Assembly: GCA_951406725.2 (NCBI GenBank)
Contig: OX597817.1
Coordinates: 63,426,001-63,490,000 of the forward strand
Length of the DNA stretch: 64,000 bases
Reading direction: 5' to 3'
Source of the DNA: Octopus vulgaris
Lineage: Eukaryota
Of this stretch, positions 28,109 through 42,194 are shown in pieces (within the stretch, counting starts at the first letter, position 1; the number at the start of each line of letters is the position of its first letter). Position numbers and translations under genes: made by a program. The notes beneath the pieces are model-generated. The model was not told the origin of the DNA and did no database searches. It was given only the letters and a program-made list of their open reading frames with translations.

Positions 28109-28225
28109 ACCAACCAACCAACCAACCAACCAACCAACCAACCAACCAACCAACCAACCAACCAACCAACCAACCAACCAACCAACCAACCAACCAACCA
28201 ACCAGCCAGCCAGCCAACCAGCCAA
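28109..28225. repeat. (CCAA)n/(CCAG)n microsatellite
   Basis: Read directly. Confidence 0.95.
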
Positions 28226-28274
28226 TCGACGATTCTCTATTTCTGCAAGCTCACAGCGCATAATTATTTCTGGT

Positions 28275-28445
28275 TTAGGTACAAGGATGCAATCCCAGTA
28301 TTTGACTGGTACTTTCTTTTATCGACCCCGGAATAATGAAAGGCAAAGTTGACCTCAGGGGAATCTGAATTCAGAAGGTAAAGAACCAGAAGAAATACTG
28401 CAAAGCATTTTGTTCTTCGTTCAAAGGAGTCTGCCAGCTCACCGC
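28275..28445 (-). mobile_element. SINE family B, diverged copy
   Basis: tatcgaccccgga..atgaaaggcaaagttgacctc..tctgccagctcaccgc. Confidence 0.7.
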
Positions 28446-28659
28446 ACTAAGACCTGCATTGAATGCGAGAACATGCAGTCGAATAAACCGATTCCACTAT
28501 TGTTCTGGTACTAATTTTATTGATCTCCGCATGTTGAAAAGTAATATGAACTGCTGTGTGGATTAAACAAAAGAACCTATAATATTCTCAATATGAGTTT
28601 TAAGATGTTAAGATAACATTGAATTAAGAGTAATAAAGTTATATAATTATTTAAGTACT

Positions 28660-29520
28660 ATTCCATATTTTAACCAGATGCCTAGGATACTGGGAGAAGA
28701 CAGATACAAGCAGAAATATGATAAGGTCCTTTCAGAAATCGCCAAGTGGGCGAAACTGCAAAGAGTCAAGGCTAACAAACATCAGCAACTACCACCACCA
28801 AAGGGTATTAGATTTCTAAAGGAAGGCATCATGCAGCTTCATTCCCCATTGAAGTCGGCTACTGCGGCTTTCCAGCGAGATTGGTGCGCTATTTCCTACA
28901 GAGAATAGGTTGAAGAGCCAAACAACTGATGAAAGCCACGAAGGAGATAGGCACGACAGATGAAACATACTCTAGAAACATTCTCTAGAAAAATGACGAC
29001 GCTGTGGTGATCTCATTCTTGCTCCCAACATCATAAGTGGAAAGTGTAACCTCTCGAAAGAGCTGTTCTTCACTCCTGCTCCAGAGCGTCGGCTGCGGGT
29101 TCACTCCGAAAAGCTCTATCTGCGACGATTTCATCTCAATCGAAGGAGAGGGGCTTTCTCCGTCCGGGTTGCGGATCCATGGAATAAGCTGCCGGACGAG
29201 ATAGTGAAGATGCCGACGACCGCTCGGTTCAAAGTCTCTCTTGACCAGAAATGGCCTGAACTCTTTGCATGAACACCACCCTGTACATAACTCCATGTCC
29301 CCCTACATGGCCTTGCTTTTTGCTTTTTGAGCCAAAAAATTAACTTAACTATACGCAAAGTGGTTATGGCTGATAAGAGGCCACAAGTGGAACTTTTCCG
29401 CTAGCGAAGACTAGTTCAGTCTTCGCTGCCCCACTCAAGCGAAGCATATAGACGAAACCTGTTGACACTACCGAAAGTTTTCCAGCATTGCATGGATTTA
29501 GAAAAGCTTGTAAGACCCCT
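28660..29520 (+). mobile_element. HERO-like (restriction-like endonuclease) non-LTR retrotransposon C-terminal remnant, interrupted by a CR1 fragment
   Basis: HILTRC, then LGEDRYKQKYDKVLSEIAKW (cf. GEGRYxWRHDxVL), FPIEVGYCGFP (cf. PVEVGCRGF), and KEIGTTDETY joined across the insertion to AKWLWLIR. Confidence 0.65.
28971..29350 (+). mobile_element. CR1 LINE 3' fragment nested in the HERO-like remnant
   Basis: SLEK*RRCGDLIL and HSEKLYLRRFHLNRRRGAFSVRVADPWNKLPDEIVKMPTTARFKVSLD*-type C-terminus (stop after QKWPELFA); taact-repeat tail. Confidence 0.85.
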
Positions 29521-30345
29521 GAGTAGCTCCTGCTGTTTCTACGTCGGGCACAGATCTCAGATATTTATTTCGCCTATCTAGTAACTTATATAGTGAGAAA
29601 TATTATGTATGCTATCAGTAATGTTAGAAATATCTTTTACCTGTGAAATAACATCTTAGTTCCTCCTCTTTGATTCTTTCGCTCTCTCTCTCTCTCTCTC
29701 TCTCTCTCATTGTTTCTCTCTCATCAACAGCCTAGAGTCTTTTCTTTATTTCACAATTCCATTATTCCATTTTCAGCGTATTTTCCCTCGTTTGTTTTCA
29801 ACATGACAATAAAGCAGAAAAAATTCCAGACATAAAAATATAAAGAGATTAAGAGAAGCAGAAGAATAAAAACAAAAGAAAAGAAATCGTTTCGTAGGTG
29901 GTGCTATCAGATCATTATTTCTTACAATATATTTGTTAAATGATCGCTATAGTGTGTCACCATATTGAATTCTCATGAGCATTGATCTGCTTATCTTTAC
30001 ATTCGCCATGGTTCTACACAATAGGAAGCAAATTGCTCATATTTTGTTACTGCAGAGTTATTTAATAATTCATTCATCTATTATTTACTTACTGAACAAT
30101 CCGGAATATGGTAACATTAATGTATTTGTCAAAATTAAGCAAACAGCTTAAATTTGTCTTGTCTAAGCGCCTGTTCTTCCTGATAAATAATTCCTCATTT
30201 TGTTTTTAAAATTAAAACGTATGCTTATTTCGAGTTAATGGATTTAAGCAGAATACAATGTAAAACAGTATGTCGTGTGTTGGACAACATATTTTGTTGT
30301 AAGGCATGAATTATATACTGCAATGTATTTCACTAAACAATGATT

Positions 30346-30417
<72 letters not shown>

Positions 30418-30500
30418 TGTGTATGTGTGTGTATGTGTGTGTGTGTTTATGCTGGAGGTGTGCGTGCATATGCATGTATGTATATATATGTATATATATG

Positions 30501-30534
<34 letters not shown>

Positions 30535-30600
30535 TGTATGTATGTATGTATGTATGTATGTATGTATGTATGTATACACACACACACGCACGCAGACACT

Positions 30601-30712
<112 letters not shown>

Positions 30713-30789
30713 GTGATAATTTACCAAAAGGTGTAAAATAGATACAGATAGGATATCAGTTCTCCAGCAACATGAAATTCCTAAACTTT

Positions 30790-31020
30790 AATGCCCCAAT
30801 CATAGGAGACGTAATCCAGCTGAACAAGAATTGACTATAGGAAACATACTAGTGGATCTAATGAAGGTAAAATAAAACAAAAATAAAATAGACAAGTAAT
30901 TGTAAGTAATTGTTTAGTGTATCCAGGTATTTATAAATAAGTTGCACTATCATGGGAGACGTAATCCTTCTGAGTAAGAGTTGGCTATAGGAAACACACC
31001 GTTGGATCTAATGATAAAAT
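30790..31020 (+). repeat. Diverged direct duplication (~65 bp, two copies) in a (TA)n-adjacent repeat
   Basis: atcat(a/g)ggagacgtaatcc..tga..aaga.ttg.ctataggaaaca.ac..tggatctaatga at ~30799 and ~30949. Confidence 0.75.
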
Positions 31021-31561
31021 AAAAGATGGACAAGGACTTCTTTAGGATATAAAGTATTATAAATAAGATGGACAAATATAAATGTAAATATAATTAAGTA
31101 GAAAACAATGCAATAATCCATGGTCGTTCTTCATAAATAGACAGATAAGCATAAATGGGTTACATAAGCGAAAATACAATTGAAAAGAAAGGTGAAAATC
31201 CACGGTAATCTTTTACAGTTATTTCAGGGACTGGGTAACAAATTGATGCAGTAATGTGCATTATGCACACATAGATATGTAATAAATTGACATTAACATA
31301 TAAATATGAAATAAGTCAATTTACGTTATAATCGTGCCGCCACCTAATCTCATCATCGGTTGAGATATTTCTTCAAGTACTATTAAAAGAATATAGTATA
31401 AAGTATAGAATATTTATACAAACAACATTGGAAGGACTATTGCTTTAGATAAAAATCATTTGCATGAAGCGTGAAAATACATGTAATCTTTGATCAACTG
31501 TATCTTAAATACATAATCTTATAAAAGCTTATTTTAAAAATTTGAAGAAACGCAGGTTCAG

Positions 31562-31985
31562 GCCTGCGGGTGTGGTTGTGTGGTAAAAAAATTACTTCCA
31601 AATCACATGGCTCCGGTTTCAGTCCCACTGCTTAGCACCTTGGGCAAATGTCTTCTACTATAGCCACAGAGCCGACAAAAGCCTTGTGAGTGGATTTGGT
31701 AGACGGAAATTGAAAGAAGCCCGTCGTATATATGTATATATTTATATATATCTATGCGTGAATGTGTGTCTTTGTGACTGTTTTTGTCTCCCCACCACTG
31801 CTTGACAACCTGTGCTAGTACGTTCACGATCCCGTAACCTTGCTGTTCGGTAAAAGAGACCGATAGAATAAGTACAAGGCTTTAAAAATAATAAGCGCTG
31901 GGGTCGATACATTTGACTAAAAGTTCTTGAAGACGGTTTCGCAGCACGGCCGAAGTCTAATGATTGAAACAAGTAGAAGAGTAAA
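31562..31985 (+). mobile_element. SINE family A, diverged copy
   Basis: Head, body and tail homologous to 43498-43911. Confidence 0.8.
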
Positions 31986-33739
31986 TGAATAAACATGGAC
32001 AAGCGAGATAATTCAAGTTCAATTGGAATAAACTTCAATCATACCTACTTTTATTTTTTTGTATCTGGCAAATGAAATCCATCACTAAAGCGAGGTGTAT
32101 ATGGATGTTCACCACTCAGCCACTTCGACATATGTGTTTGTAGTTCTATATCGTATCACTGTGTAAGGTGCTAAACGCTTCTTTATAATTTACTGAGTAA
32201 ATATATAATATCCCTTCCAAAAGGGGTAAAATTCCCAGCTCGATGGTAAATAACTGCAATATTATTAGAGACAATTATTCTATCTTTCGTGTACGAAACT
32301 ATCCATCAAAGTTGATAATTGTTATCGACTGATTTTAGAGAAAATGGAAGACTGGGAATTACAATGTTCATAACTTTGCAAAGGCATTACGGAAGTAAAA
32401 GAAATAATTACAACTAAGAATTGAATACATACCATAGATTGAGTTTGCCATGCTACCGGGCCTGTCTGTAAATTTGTTAATTCTAGCCATATCTATGATC
32501 TTTCGAGATGAAAATATAATCGGGCAGTATAGAAGATAGGATTTTAAAATGTTGTAGACACTACAGCGCTGAATCCGCATTTATAAGTGCTGTCAAAATG
32601 TATGTGTTGTTATTCTGTAACACATTAAACAAGTCATATTTAAAAAAATATACAGAAAACAATATTTCGCTAGATGGATGCTTAAATTCGATCCCAGTGA
32701 CATAGAAATATCACCAATCAAGAAATCACTTTATTGACTAAATATTACGCTGATCCAATATTTGATTATCTTGGCAGTAAATTGATCTTCAGACTGACTA
32801 ACGAATAACAAAGTTGTTCCATTTCAGACATTTTCTCCATCTTCTATATATCACAAAATCCCATTAAAAAAATATATAATCTGAAATGGTTTGCACGAAT
32901 GTATCTCATTTGTATCCTACTTAAAAAGTTTTTGCTTCGTCTTTGAGTTATCTAAATTGTATAATTAAACAAATACAACAGTGTATATGGATTTTTGAGT
33001 ATTATTAACAACTTCGTTGTTGGTATTTATACATCCTGTCCTCAGGTACCACATTTTACATATAAATTATACATTTATCTATTGTATATAAAGCATTGTA
33101 AAACCGATCTATAAAACCAGATCAGAATTACATCTAATATGGCCAACCTTTTGAATTATATATTTAAATGAAACATTTGTGAATTGTTATTCACAAAAGG
33201 CATGTACTGTTAACCGCCGTATTGTTCTTGAAAGTTCGACCTACCAATGCCTATATTTAAAAAATCTACTTTACTAAATCCTTTTGAGACCAAGTTTTTG
33301 TTAGTCACCTTTGTACTTTACCTTCAGTATAATCTGCAGAATTATCCTTTCTTTTCCTAACACAGTTCTGATGGATTCTTGTATGTTGTATTGATCTAAT
33401 TGTCTTATACGAGAATGAGTGACTAACAAGCGTTTCGTTCATTCGATCACGCATATCTACGCCATTATTTTATCTTACTAATACAGATACGCGGACCTTC
33501 TATCCGTCGTGTTTGAGGCATTTGTCTTTCTTTGACACGCACAGCATTATTCGCATGAAAACATACACATGTACACGCACACATACATGCACACATATGC
33601 GCACAAAAATTCTCTTTATCTTCCATCCCTCTTCAAATAAAATAAATTCTTTTGACCTTCGTGTCCAACTCAAATTCTTTCACACATCACGTTATATAAC
33701 ATAACATACCGCAATTCTGTTTATTTATATCATCATCAT

Positions 33740-33806
<67 letters not shown>

Positions 33807-33807
33807 G

Positions 33808-33839
<32 letters not shown>

Positions 33840-33860
33840 ACAGCTGCTGCTGCCGCTGCT
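33740..33860. repeat. (TAC)n-(TGC)n compound trinucleotide repeat
   Basis: Read directly. Confidence 0.9.
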
Positions 33861-34162
33861 GTTGTTGCTGGTGCCTTTGCATCATTCTTTTCCTTCTTTA
33901 TAACAAACGCATACCTCTTGTGTTTCAAATCCTTCATGTTCGTATGTAAGCAATCACACGTTTCATATTGTAACATCAGTTTACGCTTCGACATACTTCC
34001 ATGTTGCCACATACAATATATATCAAACACAGCAAAAACAAAATAAAAGCAAAACGTCAATAAAATATGCAGCAATTTGTGTTATGTATATATGTGTGTG
34101 TGTGTAAACATATATATATATGTATATATGAATGTGCGTATATATATGTATATATGAATGTG

Positions 34163-34211
<49 letters not shown>

Positions 34212-34474
34212 AAACATATATATATATATATATATATATACTTGTGTATATGAATGTGTGTAAGTATATATATATATATGTATATGTATATATGTATATA
34301 TATATATGTATATATATATATACATACATACATATATACATATACATATAAATACGTATGTGTATACATATACACATGTATATGTGCTTGTATATTATAT
34401 TATATATATATACATATATATATGTATATGTATGTATATATATATACATATATATATGTATGTATATATATATG

Positions 34475-34556
<82 letters not shown>

Positions 34557-35093
34557 AAAGCGTCACACTCCCCAACAACATGTAGTAATCTTCATCGTTG
34601 TTAACATATCATCTGATAATGTAATACGATTAACAATACTGATATATCCTTGCCTTTCTCTTTCCATTTATCCCCCTTTCTCTCTCGCTTTCTCTTTCTC
34701 TCCTCCCCTCCCTCTGTCTCAGTCACTCGTCTTCTTATATTTACTCATCACCGCCAAACGCCTCTTATTTTAGTCTTTAAGATTCCATTCAATGAACCTC
34801 AGTGAATGAAATGTTTGCGTTCAACTTAATTGCATTTCGAATTGGGAGTTGCAAAAGTACTTTTCACGAAATAGGATTTTCTCCCGCTATCTTCTCCTTC
34901 ACTCTCTCTCTCTCATTCCTTTTATCTGTATCTTCTTTTGAGGCGGGGAACTGTATGTATATCATAATTCATTTTATCCAGATTACTGAATTATATGTAA
35001 AGAAATATTGCGAACCTCTATTAGAGTCTTCGTGGATTTGGATGTTGTTGCTGATGCGCCTGAAGCTGTTGTTGTTGTTATTGTTATTACCAT

Positions 35094-35204
35094 TTCTTCT
35101 TCTTCTTCTTCTTCTTCTTCTTCTTCTTCTTCTTCTTCTTCTTCTTCTTCTTCTTCTTCTTCTTCTTCTTCTTCTTCTTCTTCTTCTTCTTCTTCTTCTT
35201 CTTC
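35094..35204. repeat. (TTC)n microsatellite
   Basis: Read directly. Confidence 0.95.
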
Positions 35205-35285
35205 AATCTTAAATACTTCCCTTATTTCGCAATATGCTGCACATATTACGTATATTAAGACTTCATTAAGTCTAGTTACCATTAA

Positions 35286-35355
<70 letters not shown>

Positions 35356-35422
35356 CATACAGAGAGAGAGAGAGAGATAGAGAGAGAGAGAAAGAGAGAT
35401 AAACAGATATTTAGATAGATAA

Positions 35423-35473
<51 letters not shown>

Positions 35474-35699
35474 TGCACTTTTATGTACGTATGTGTGTAT
35501 GATTGTACACAGTTTGGCAAACATCGCGAAGATTTTATAAAAGAGACCTTTGAGATTAACGATGGAAGAATTCCCGACCGAACAACAAACAGAAATAGTG
35601 AAATTTTTGCATCAAAACCAAGGTTCAATAACTATAACCCAACGATCACATTGCCGCTATTACGGCACAAGAGATTCTCCTAGAAAATCCTTTATTGTT

Positions 35700-36400
35700 T
35701 TGATCAGTGATTGGTCACGTTGCAATTAGTAAATGACCTTCTCCAAAGGCATGGTTAGGAACGAAGCCTCAGTTGAATGTGTATGGGAGAATGTCGTAGA
35801 AGAACCGACCACATCGAGTCGAAGGCGGTCTGGAGAATTTGGAGTCTGTCAGGCTGCGATCCGGTGTAATCTGAAATCCTTGAATTTGTTTCCGTATAAA
35901 ATGCAGTTGGTACAGTTCACGAAAGAGAATTGCATTCCATTAAGTGTACGGTTTAAAGTGGGTGAAGAAGTGATCAGATTTTACTTTTTCCAAGACGACG
36001 TTCGGAACCCTGTGAATATCGGTCTATAATCAAACATTTTTTACTCAGACCAGTTTAAGATAAACATAACACGTGGTTCCAATAGGACGGAGAGGCAGCT
36101 CACACGGCAAGGACGGCAATCCAACTGTTGATGGAAATTTTTAATTTCCCTTTTTTGTAGTATAAGCTGGCTACCACGTTCTCCTGACCTGACGACTCCT
36201 TACTATCGAGCTGTCTAAAAAAAAAAGACCCCCCGCCAAAAAAAAAATAATAAGCTTCAGACACGCCAAGAGCTGAAGAACAACAATAGTTGGACCGAAA
36301 TCAGAATAGTAGAAATTACGCTAAAAGATGCCATGGAAAATACCTTAAAAAGGTCACGCTTATGGGAAGCAGAAAATAAACCATATCTAGCGTACATCCA
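35700..36400 (+). mobile_element. Decayed Tc1/mariner-superfamily transposase remnant
   Basis: VEEPTTSSRRRS..LNLFPYKMQLVQ (ORF 35733-36029), WFQ*DGEAAHTARTA and WLPRSPDLT motifs. Confidence 0.7.
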
Positions 36401-36609
36401 TTCCCCCATCTCTCTCTCTCTCTTACTCTGTCACCATCTGTCTCCTTCTCTCTCTTTTCTTCCTTCGTCTCTCCCTTTCCCTCTTTCTGTATAGATGTGT
36501 ATACATACGTACATACATAAATACATACATACATTCATACATACATTCATACATACATATATACATACATACATACATACATACATACATACATACATAC
36601 ATACATACA

Positions 36610-36640
<31 letters not shown>

Positions 36641-36651
36641 GTATATATACA

Positions 36652-37702
36652 CAGGGATTGGACAAAATAGTGAAAACACCTAGCAGCGTAGCATCATAAT
36701 TTTGAAATATCTATAAAACTGTCAAAAGCTTGTTTATTATGTTTTTGATTTATTAGTGTTGCTTAATATGTTTTGCTAAAATTGCTGTTTCTTTTCAGAT
36801 ATCATCAGAAAAAGGAAATTAAAATTCATTAAAATGACAGACCCGGCGGACTTTCAAAGAGGTAAAGTTGTTGATGCTCGTATGGCAGGCGCTAGCGTAA
36901 TGAAAACAACCGAAATGTTTGGTGTATCAAGAAGTACTGTCTTGAAAGTAATAACACCCTTTGAGAAAAAGGGAAAAAACCTCTTCCTCGAAACAAAACT
37001 CTAGAAAAAACCAAAACTTTCAGATAAGGACCGTCGGACTCTTATTGTTAAAAAGGATCACAAAAGTACACCACCCAAAATTACTGCAGAGCTGAATGAC
37101 CAAAAGAAACATTTGACAGCCAAAAGAAGCATTTGACCCAGACTGCCTTCTTCCAACTGTTAAACATGGATGAGGACCTGTGATGATCGGGGGGGGGGGG
37201 GCTACATCTGGGAAATTCGCAGGCCCAATGGTTTCCTTTCATAGCAGAATTAATAGTTAAGACTATTTATGTTTTTTTTTATCTGATCAAATTCATCCTA
37301 TGGTTGCAGAACTGTTTCCGGAAGGAAACGCAATCTTTCAGGATGACAATGCACCAATTCACACAGTTAAAGTTGTCCCTGAATGGTACGTGAAACATTC
37401 TAGTGAAGTTGAACATCTTATCTGGCCAACACAGTCCCCAGATCTCAATATTATTGAACAATTATGGTGCATATTAGAAAAACAAGTAAGGAGTGGATAT
37501 CCTCCACCATCATCACTACAAGAACTGTAGACTATTTTAGCTGAAGAATGGACAAAAATTCCTTTGGAAACAATTCAAACTTTGTACGAGTCCATACCTC
37601 GTTGAATTCAAGCTGTAATTACTGCCAAAGGCAGTCCTACTCTGTATTAAAATAAATTTGTTTGAAATTTTAAGGTGTTTCCATTATTTTGTCCAACCCC
37701 TG
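36652..37702 (+). mobile_element. Tc1 element (DD34E), internally deleted and frameshifted, both TIRs present
   Basis: TIRs cagggattggacaaaatagtgaaaacacct / aggtgtttccattattttgtccaacccctg-TA; MTDPADFQRGKVVDARMAGAS N-terminus; FQDDNAPIH...WPTQSPDLNIIEQLW. Confidence 0.92.
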
Positions 37703-37774
37703 TATACATACATACATACATACATACATACATACATACATACATACATACATACATACATACATACATACATT

Positions 37775-37859
<85 letters not shown>

Positions 37860-39250
37860 GGTGACTGCCTGCCTACTCTTATGCAGAGTTTGATAACCTC
37901 TTGTACTTACACCTTAACTCTATCATGGCGTCTAAAGTGACTTTCTAAACCAGACAATGTTTTGAAAAACACCCACATAAACTGCATATCTGCTTTGGAC
38001 TACCAAGAGCTGCAGTTAAGTTCTGATCTCTCTTTCTCTCTCTCTGTATATATATACATCAGTATTGTAAATTAATAGCAATTAATAACAAATAATAAAG
38101 ATAAAGTAGGTATTAACTATTGAAACCCTTTCGTGGCAGTCTAGCCACTCATTAGTGGATGCCACTGATCATTGAAATCCATTAATTAATTCGTAGAAAT
38201 AATTAAGAATTAAGCTGATAAATTGTTTGAAGAATTTGCAGGAGATATCACTGAAAAGTGTCGGCTAGTTAAAAAAAGACTTGGAGGAATAATTAATACT
38301 AAAACATCTTCTGTTGACTATCGGAAAAGATGTAAAGATGAAAAGATTTACCACTTTGTTGAGAAATGGGAATAAAGAGAAAGGGAAAAATAGATAAGCC
38401 AATAAATAGATAAAGATAAATATCAATTAATAATTTTATTGAAATAAAAATCTATCATCCTTATCGGGCCTTTTAGAAATAAATAAACTTTGAACTCATC
38501 TATCAATTTCTTAACACATCTCCTTCGTCACCCATCTGTAGTCTCTATATCAAATCGATCGCTCCATTTATCTATTTTCTTTTCCTTTCTTCACCTCCCG
38601 CTTTCCCTTACATTTATCTTACATTTATCTCACGAATCCTATTATTTTATCGTTCTGTCAATTATATAGTTTTGTTCTGTGTAATTGTGTATGTTGCCAT
38701 GTGGATTGACGAAGTGTAATGATCAATTATCTGCCTTGGTAGATATACAATGGTTGCAAGCTGTTCTTCGCTTAATTTATTGTAATCTATATGATAATAC
38801 ATTAACTGCAATAGAAAGTGTGTGCTCTGGTTCGTTTCAAATCCTGGTAGACATATGAAAAGATATAAAAATAAATTCTGCAAATAAAATAATACCAACA
38901 TACACAGATGCGTGCTCGCACTTGCACATATACACTCACGCAAACGCACACTATGAAACATGATTGATGATGAAAGTGTATGTATGCATATGTATGTATG
39001 TATGTAATATATGTAGGTAGGTAGGTAGGTAGGTAGATATGTAGGTAGGTTGGTAAATAGGCAGGCAGGCATGTAGGTAGGTATGAAGGTATGTATGTAA
39101 GTCTCTCCCCCACTCTCTCTCCCACTCTCTCTCCCACTCTCTCTATATATGTATATGGATATATGCACATATATGAATATATGTGTGTACGTGTGTATTT
39201 CATTCTCTCTTTCTTTCTCTCTATATGTATACATATGCGGCGCGCAAACA

Positions 39251-39570
39251 AGTGAAATGCTTAGCGGTATTTCGTCTGCCGCTACGTTCTGAGTTCAAAT
39301 TCCACCGAGGTCATCTTTAACTTTCATCCTTTCAGGGTCGATAAATTAAGTACCAGTTACGCACTGGGGTCGATGTAGTCGACTTAATCTGTTTGTCTGT
39401 CCTTGTTTGTCCTCTTTGTGTTTAGCCCCTTGTGGGTAGTAAAGAAATAGGTATTTCGTCTGCCGCTACGTTCTGAGTTCAAATTCCGCCGAGGTCGATT
39501 TTGCCTTTCTATCCTTTCGAGGTCGATAAAATAAGTAACAGTTGAGCCCTGGGCTCGATTGTAATGGATC
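39251..39570 (+). mobile_element. SINE family B copy with internal head duplication
   Basis: ggtatttcgtctgccgctacgttctgagttcaaattcc occurs twice, as in 54275-54666 and 42195-42457. Confidence 0.85.
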
Positions 39571-39726
39571 TAATTAATCCTGGTTAAGAGTACTAAATCT
39601 TGCACCCCTCCACCAAGTGATATCGAGCAAGTGTGAAAGAGTAGGCTCATCAAAGAAGCATGATCTCGTAAAGAGAACATGCTGAGTCCTGCATCCTGTA
39701 GTGGACTGAATATAGGCAATGCAATT

Positions 39727-40175
39727 CAATACCACAGATTTGCTTGTCAGTAGTTTGACCTTAACCAGTTGACCATGTCCTTGAGTGGCTGACGATATAT
39801 GCATCTCTGATCACGAGCAGAAGTAGTGGGGGAGCATCATAGCCATGTGTTGAGAGGGATTCTTTGGGCTTTGAATAATTCACCTTTGGAAACATGGGTT
39901 TTTCGTTCAACATCCTTAAACAACCCTTATTCAGGGACCTTTTGAGCGGGATGGGCTACTCGACCAGAAGAAAATTCTAACTGGGCCCCACCTGCAAGGT
40001 CATGTGCTGTTTATTTTGATATGAGATCACCATGTCGCGCACATATGGTTGTGATGAATGTGCCTAGTGTATCCTTATCGGACAGGTAGCCATGATGGGT
40101 ATACTGGGCTTCGTATATTTTACCCCAGTGTCACTTTGATGGCATGCACTGCTCTCTCACTCAATGATGATGATG

Positions 40176-40231
<56 letters not shown>

Positions 40232-40773
40232 GTACCAGGCAGTGGCTCTCATGGCTTCTGATCTTAACTGATTGGAAGTGTTATCATGTACATTGTTTTG
40301 TCTTGGTATAAAAGATGGGCTACAGCAAATATTCTGCTCAATACCACAGATTTGCTTGTCAGTTGTTTGACCTTAACCAGTTGAGCATGTCCCTTAGTGG
40401 CTGACGATATGTGCATCTCTGACCACGAGCAGAAGTAGTGGGGGAGCATCATAGCCATGTGTTGAGAGGGATTCTTTGGGGTTTTGAATAGTTCACCTCT
40501 GGAAACATGGGTGGTTCTTTCAACATCCTTAAACAACCCTTATTCAGGGACCGTTTGAGCGGGATGGGCTACTCAACCTGAAGAAAATTCTAACTGGGCC
40601 CCACCTGCAAGGTCATGTGCTGTTTATCTTGATATGAGATCACCATGTCGCGCACATATGGTTGTGATGCATGTGCCTGGTGTACCTTTATCAGACGGGT
40701 AGTCATGATGGGTATATTGGGCTTCGTAAATTTTACCCCAGTGTCACTTTGATGGCATGCACTGCTCTCTCAC
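39727..40773 (+). mobile_element. Two tandem copies of a ~440-540 bp retroposed repeat, each ending in (TAA)n
   Basis: 39727-40163 and 40339-40773 are near-identical (caataccacagatttgcttgtcag...gatggcatgcactgctctctcac), each followed by (TAA)n. Confidence 0.85.
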
Positions 40774-40807
<34 letters not shown>

Positions 40808-40809
<2 letters not shown>

Positions 40810-41460
40810 GACCCACCACACAACCTCTTTCGACATAGCCACCAAGCAAAAAAAAAAAATTGCTTTTCCTTCCCGGCTTAAGGACATTCTTAACGAAGGA
40901 CTCGGACGATAGCCGGATCCGTCTAACACGTGACAATAACTGTTCGTCGCAGCTCCACAAGTCAGCAGTGAACGGGCACTTAACGGTTTCTTTGCTCTGC
41001 ATGCACCTCGGACAAGACCGTCTGACTGCACATCCGTGCTTGTAGAGCTTATAACGAACCGGCAGCGCTCCCTCCCCCACCGGTAGCACTGTCAGGCCAG
41101 AAATTTCTGGAAATTATTCATGGGCCCCGGCCCGAAAGTCCTCCGGAAGAGACCAGCCAGTTGATCCCTCTCGACGCTCACAGTCTCTCCGAGATCGTCG
41201 TCGCTCTTGCCCTCCACTGATCCATATAGAACTCTGTGGTGGAACTTGCACTGACGGCATTGCACGACTGGCCGAGGGCTGTGAGCGCTTGAAGACACTC
41301 TAAGTATCACGCGTCCTGTCTGGGTCTACGCCTGATCCAAGACTTTAGCTCCGTCAAGGGGACGAGCTGCGGAAAAGCGTGTCTAAGAAACGGCGACCAC
41401 ACCTGCCCACCGCTAAGGTATCGCTAGAGATATCGCAACTTCAGCGCATGTCTGTGTATC
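40808..41460 (-). mobile_element. L1/Tx1-like LINE C-terminal fragment between (TAA)n tracts
   Basis: GALPVRYKLYKHGCAVRRSCPRCMQSKETVKCP..LW resembles the zf-RVT/CCHC region of L1/Tx1 ORF2. Confidence 0.65.
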
Positions 41461-41570
41461 AGTGATAATAATAATAACAATAATAACAATAATAACGTAA
41501 TATAAAATGTTAAATGTTTTGGTGCCTGACTTTGGTCCAACCTGCATAATATATATGCACACATATATAT

Positions 41571-41840
41571 ATTATTATTATGGCTGCCCCCTCGTTATCG
41601 AGTATGGTCATTGCACGAAGCTTAGCTGTTACTGGTGCTGCGATCGAATGTGACTTTTTAGCCCAGCTAAAGATCTACAATGTCTTGTACAGAATTGGCA
41701 ACTAATACCTTTCCCGGTAATAGCCGGCTGTAGCTATTACTGGGCTTCATGTACCTTTGCATGTCGTTTAAGTCCTCCTGCCGAATTACACTCTCTTCCA
41801 CATGCCCGACAGATATGATTAGTATGGTGTGTTACACAAC
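41571..41840 (-). mobile_element. RTE-clade LINE 3' end
   Basis: [23 protein letters not shown] (C-terminal C2H2 finger typical of RTE ORFs), stop, 3' UTR, (TAA) tail. Confidence 0.65.
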
Positions 41841-41851
41841 CATATATATAT

Positions 41852-41928
<77 letters not shown>

Positions 41929-42194
41929 TACATACATACATGCATGCATACATATAGTAGACTACATATTTATGGATTTTTACTAAAAAAGTTTGACAGT
42001 GACTTCGAAGTTTTTGTTAAATGACTATTATCAGGTTCTCTGATGGTGGGTAGTGAACCAAAACATCAATGTGACTGTCAATCATTTATATCTTTATACA
42101 TATACATAAATATACACATGTACATATATACATACATATACATATATATTGATGTCTATGTGTATGTGTGCATATATATATGTTATATCTGAGT

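Noticed and set aside
33725-34075. ORF with poly-Ala/poly-Val resembling a transcription-factor low-complexity exon
   Set aside because: Explained by the (TAC)n(TGC)n repeat; the rest has no recognisable domain or clear splice sites.
41737-41830. C2H2 zinc finger suggesting a host zinc-finger gene exon
   Set aside because: A single finger followed by a stop, a UTR and a TAA tail, truncated by a microsatellite; fits an RTE LINE 3' end better.
42038-42070. ctgatggtgggtagtgaaccaaaacatc as a possible hammerhead
   Set aside because: Both core segments are mutated and the stems are not convincing; a fossil at best.
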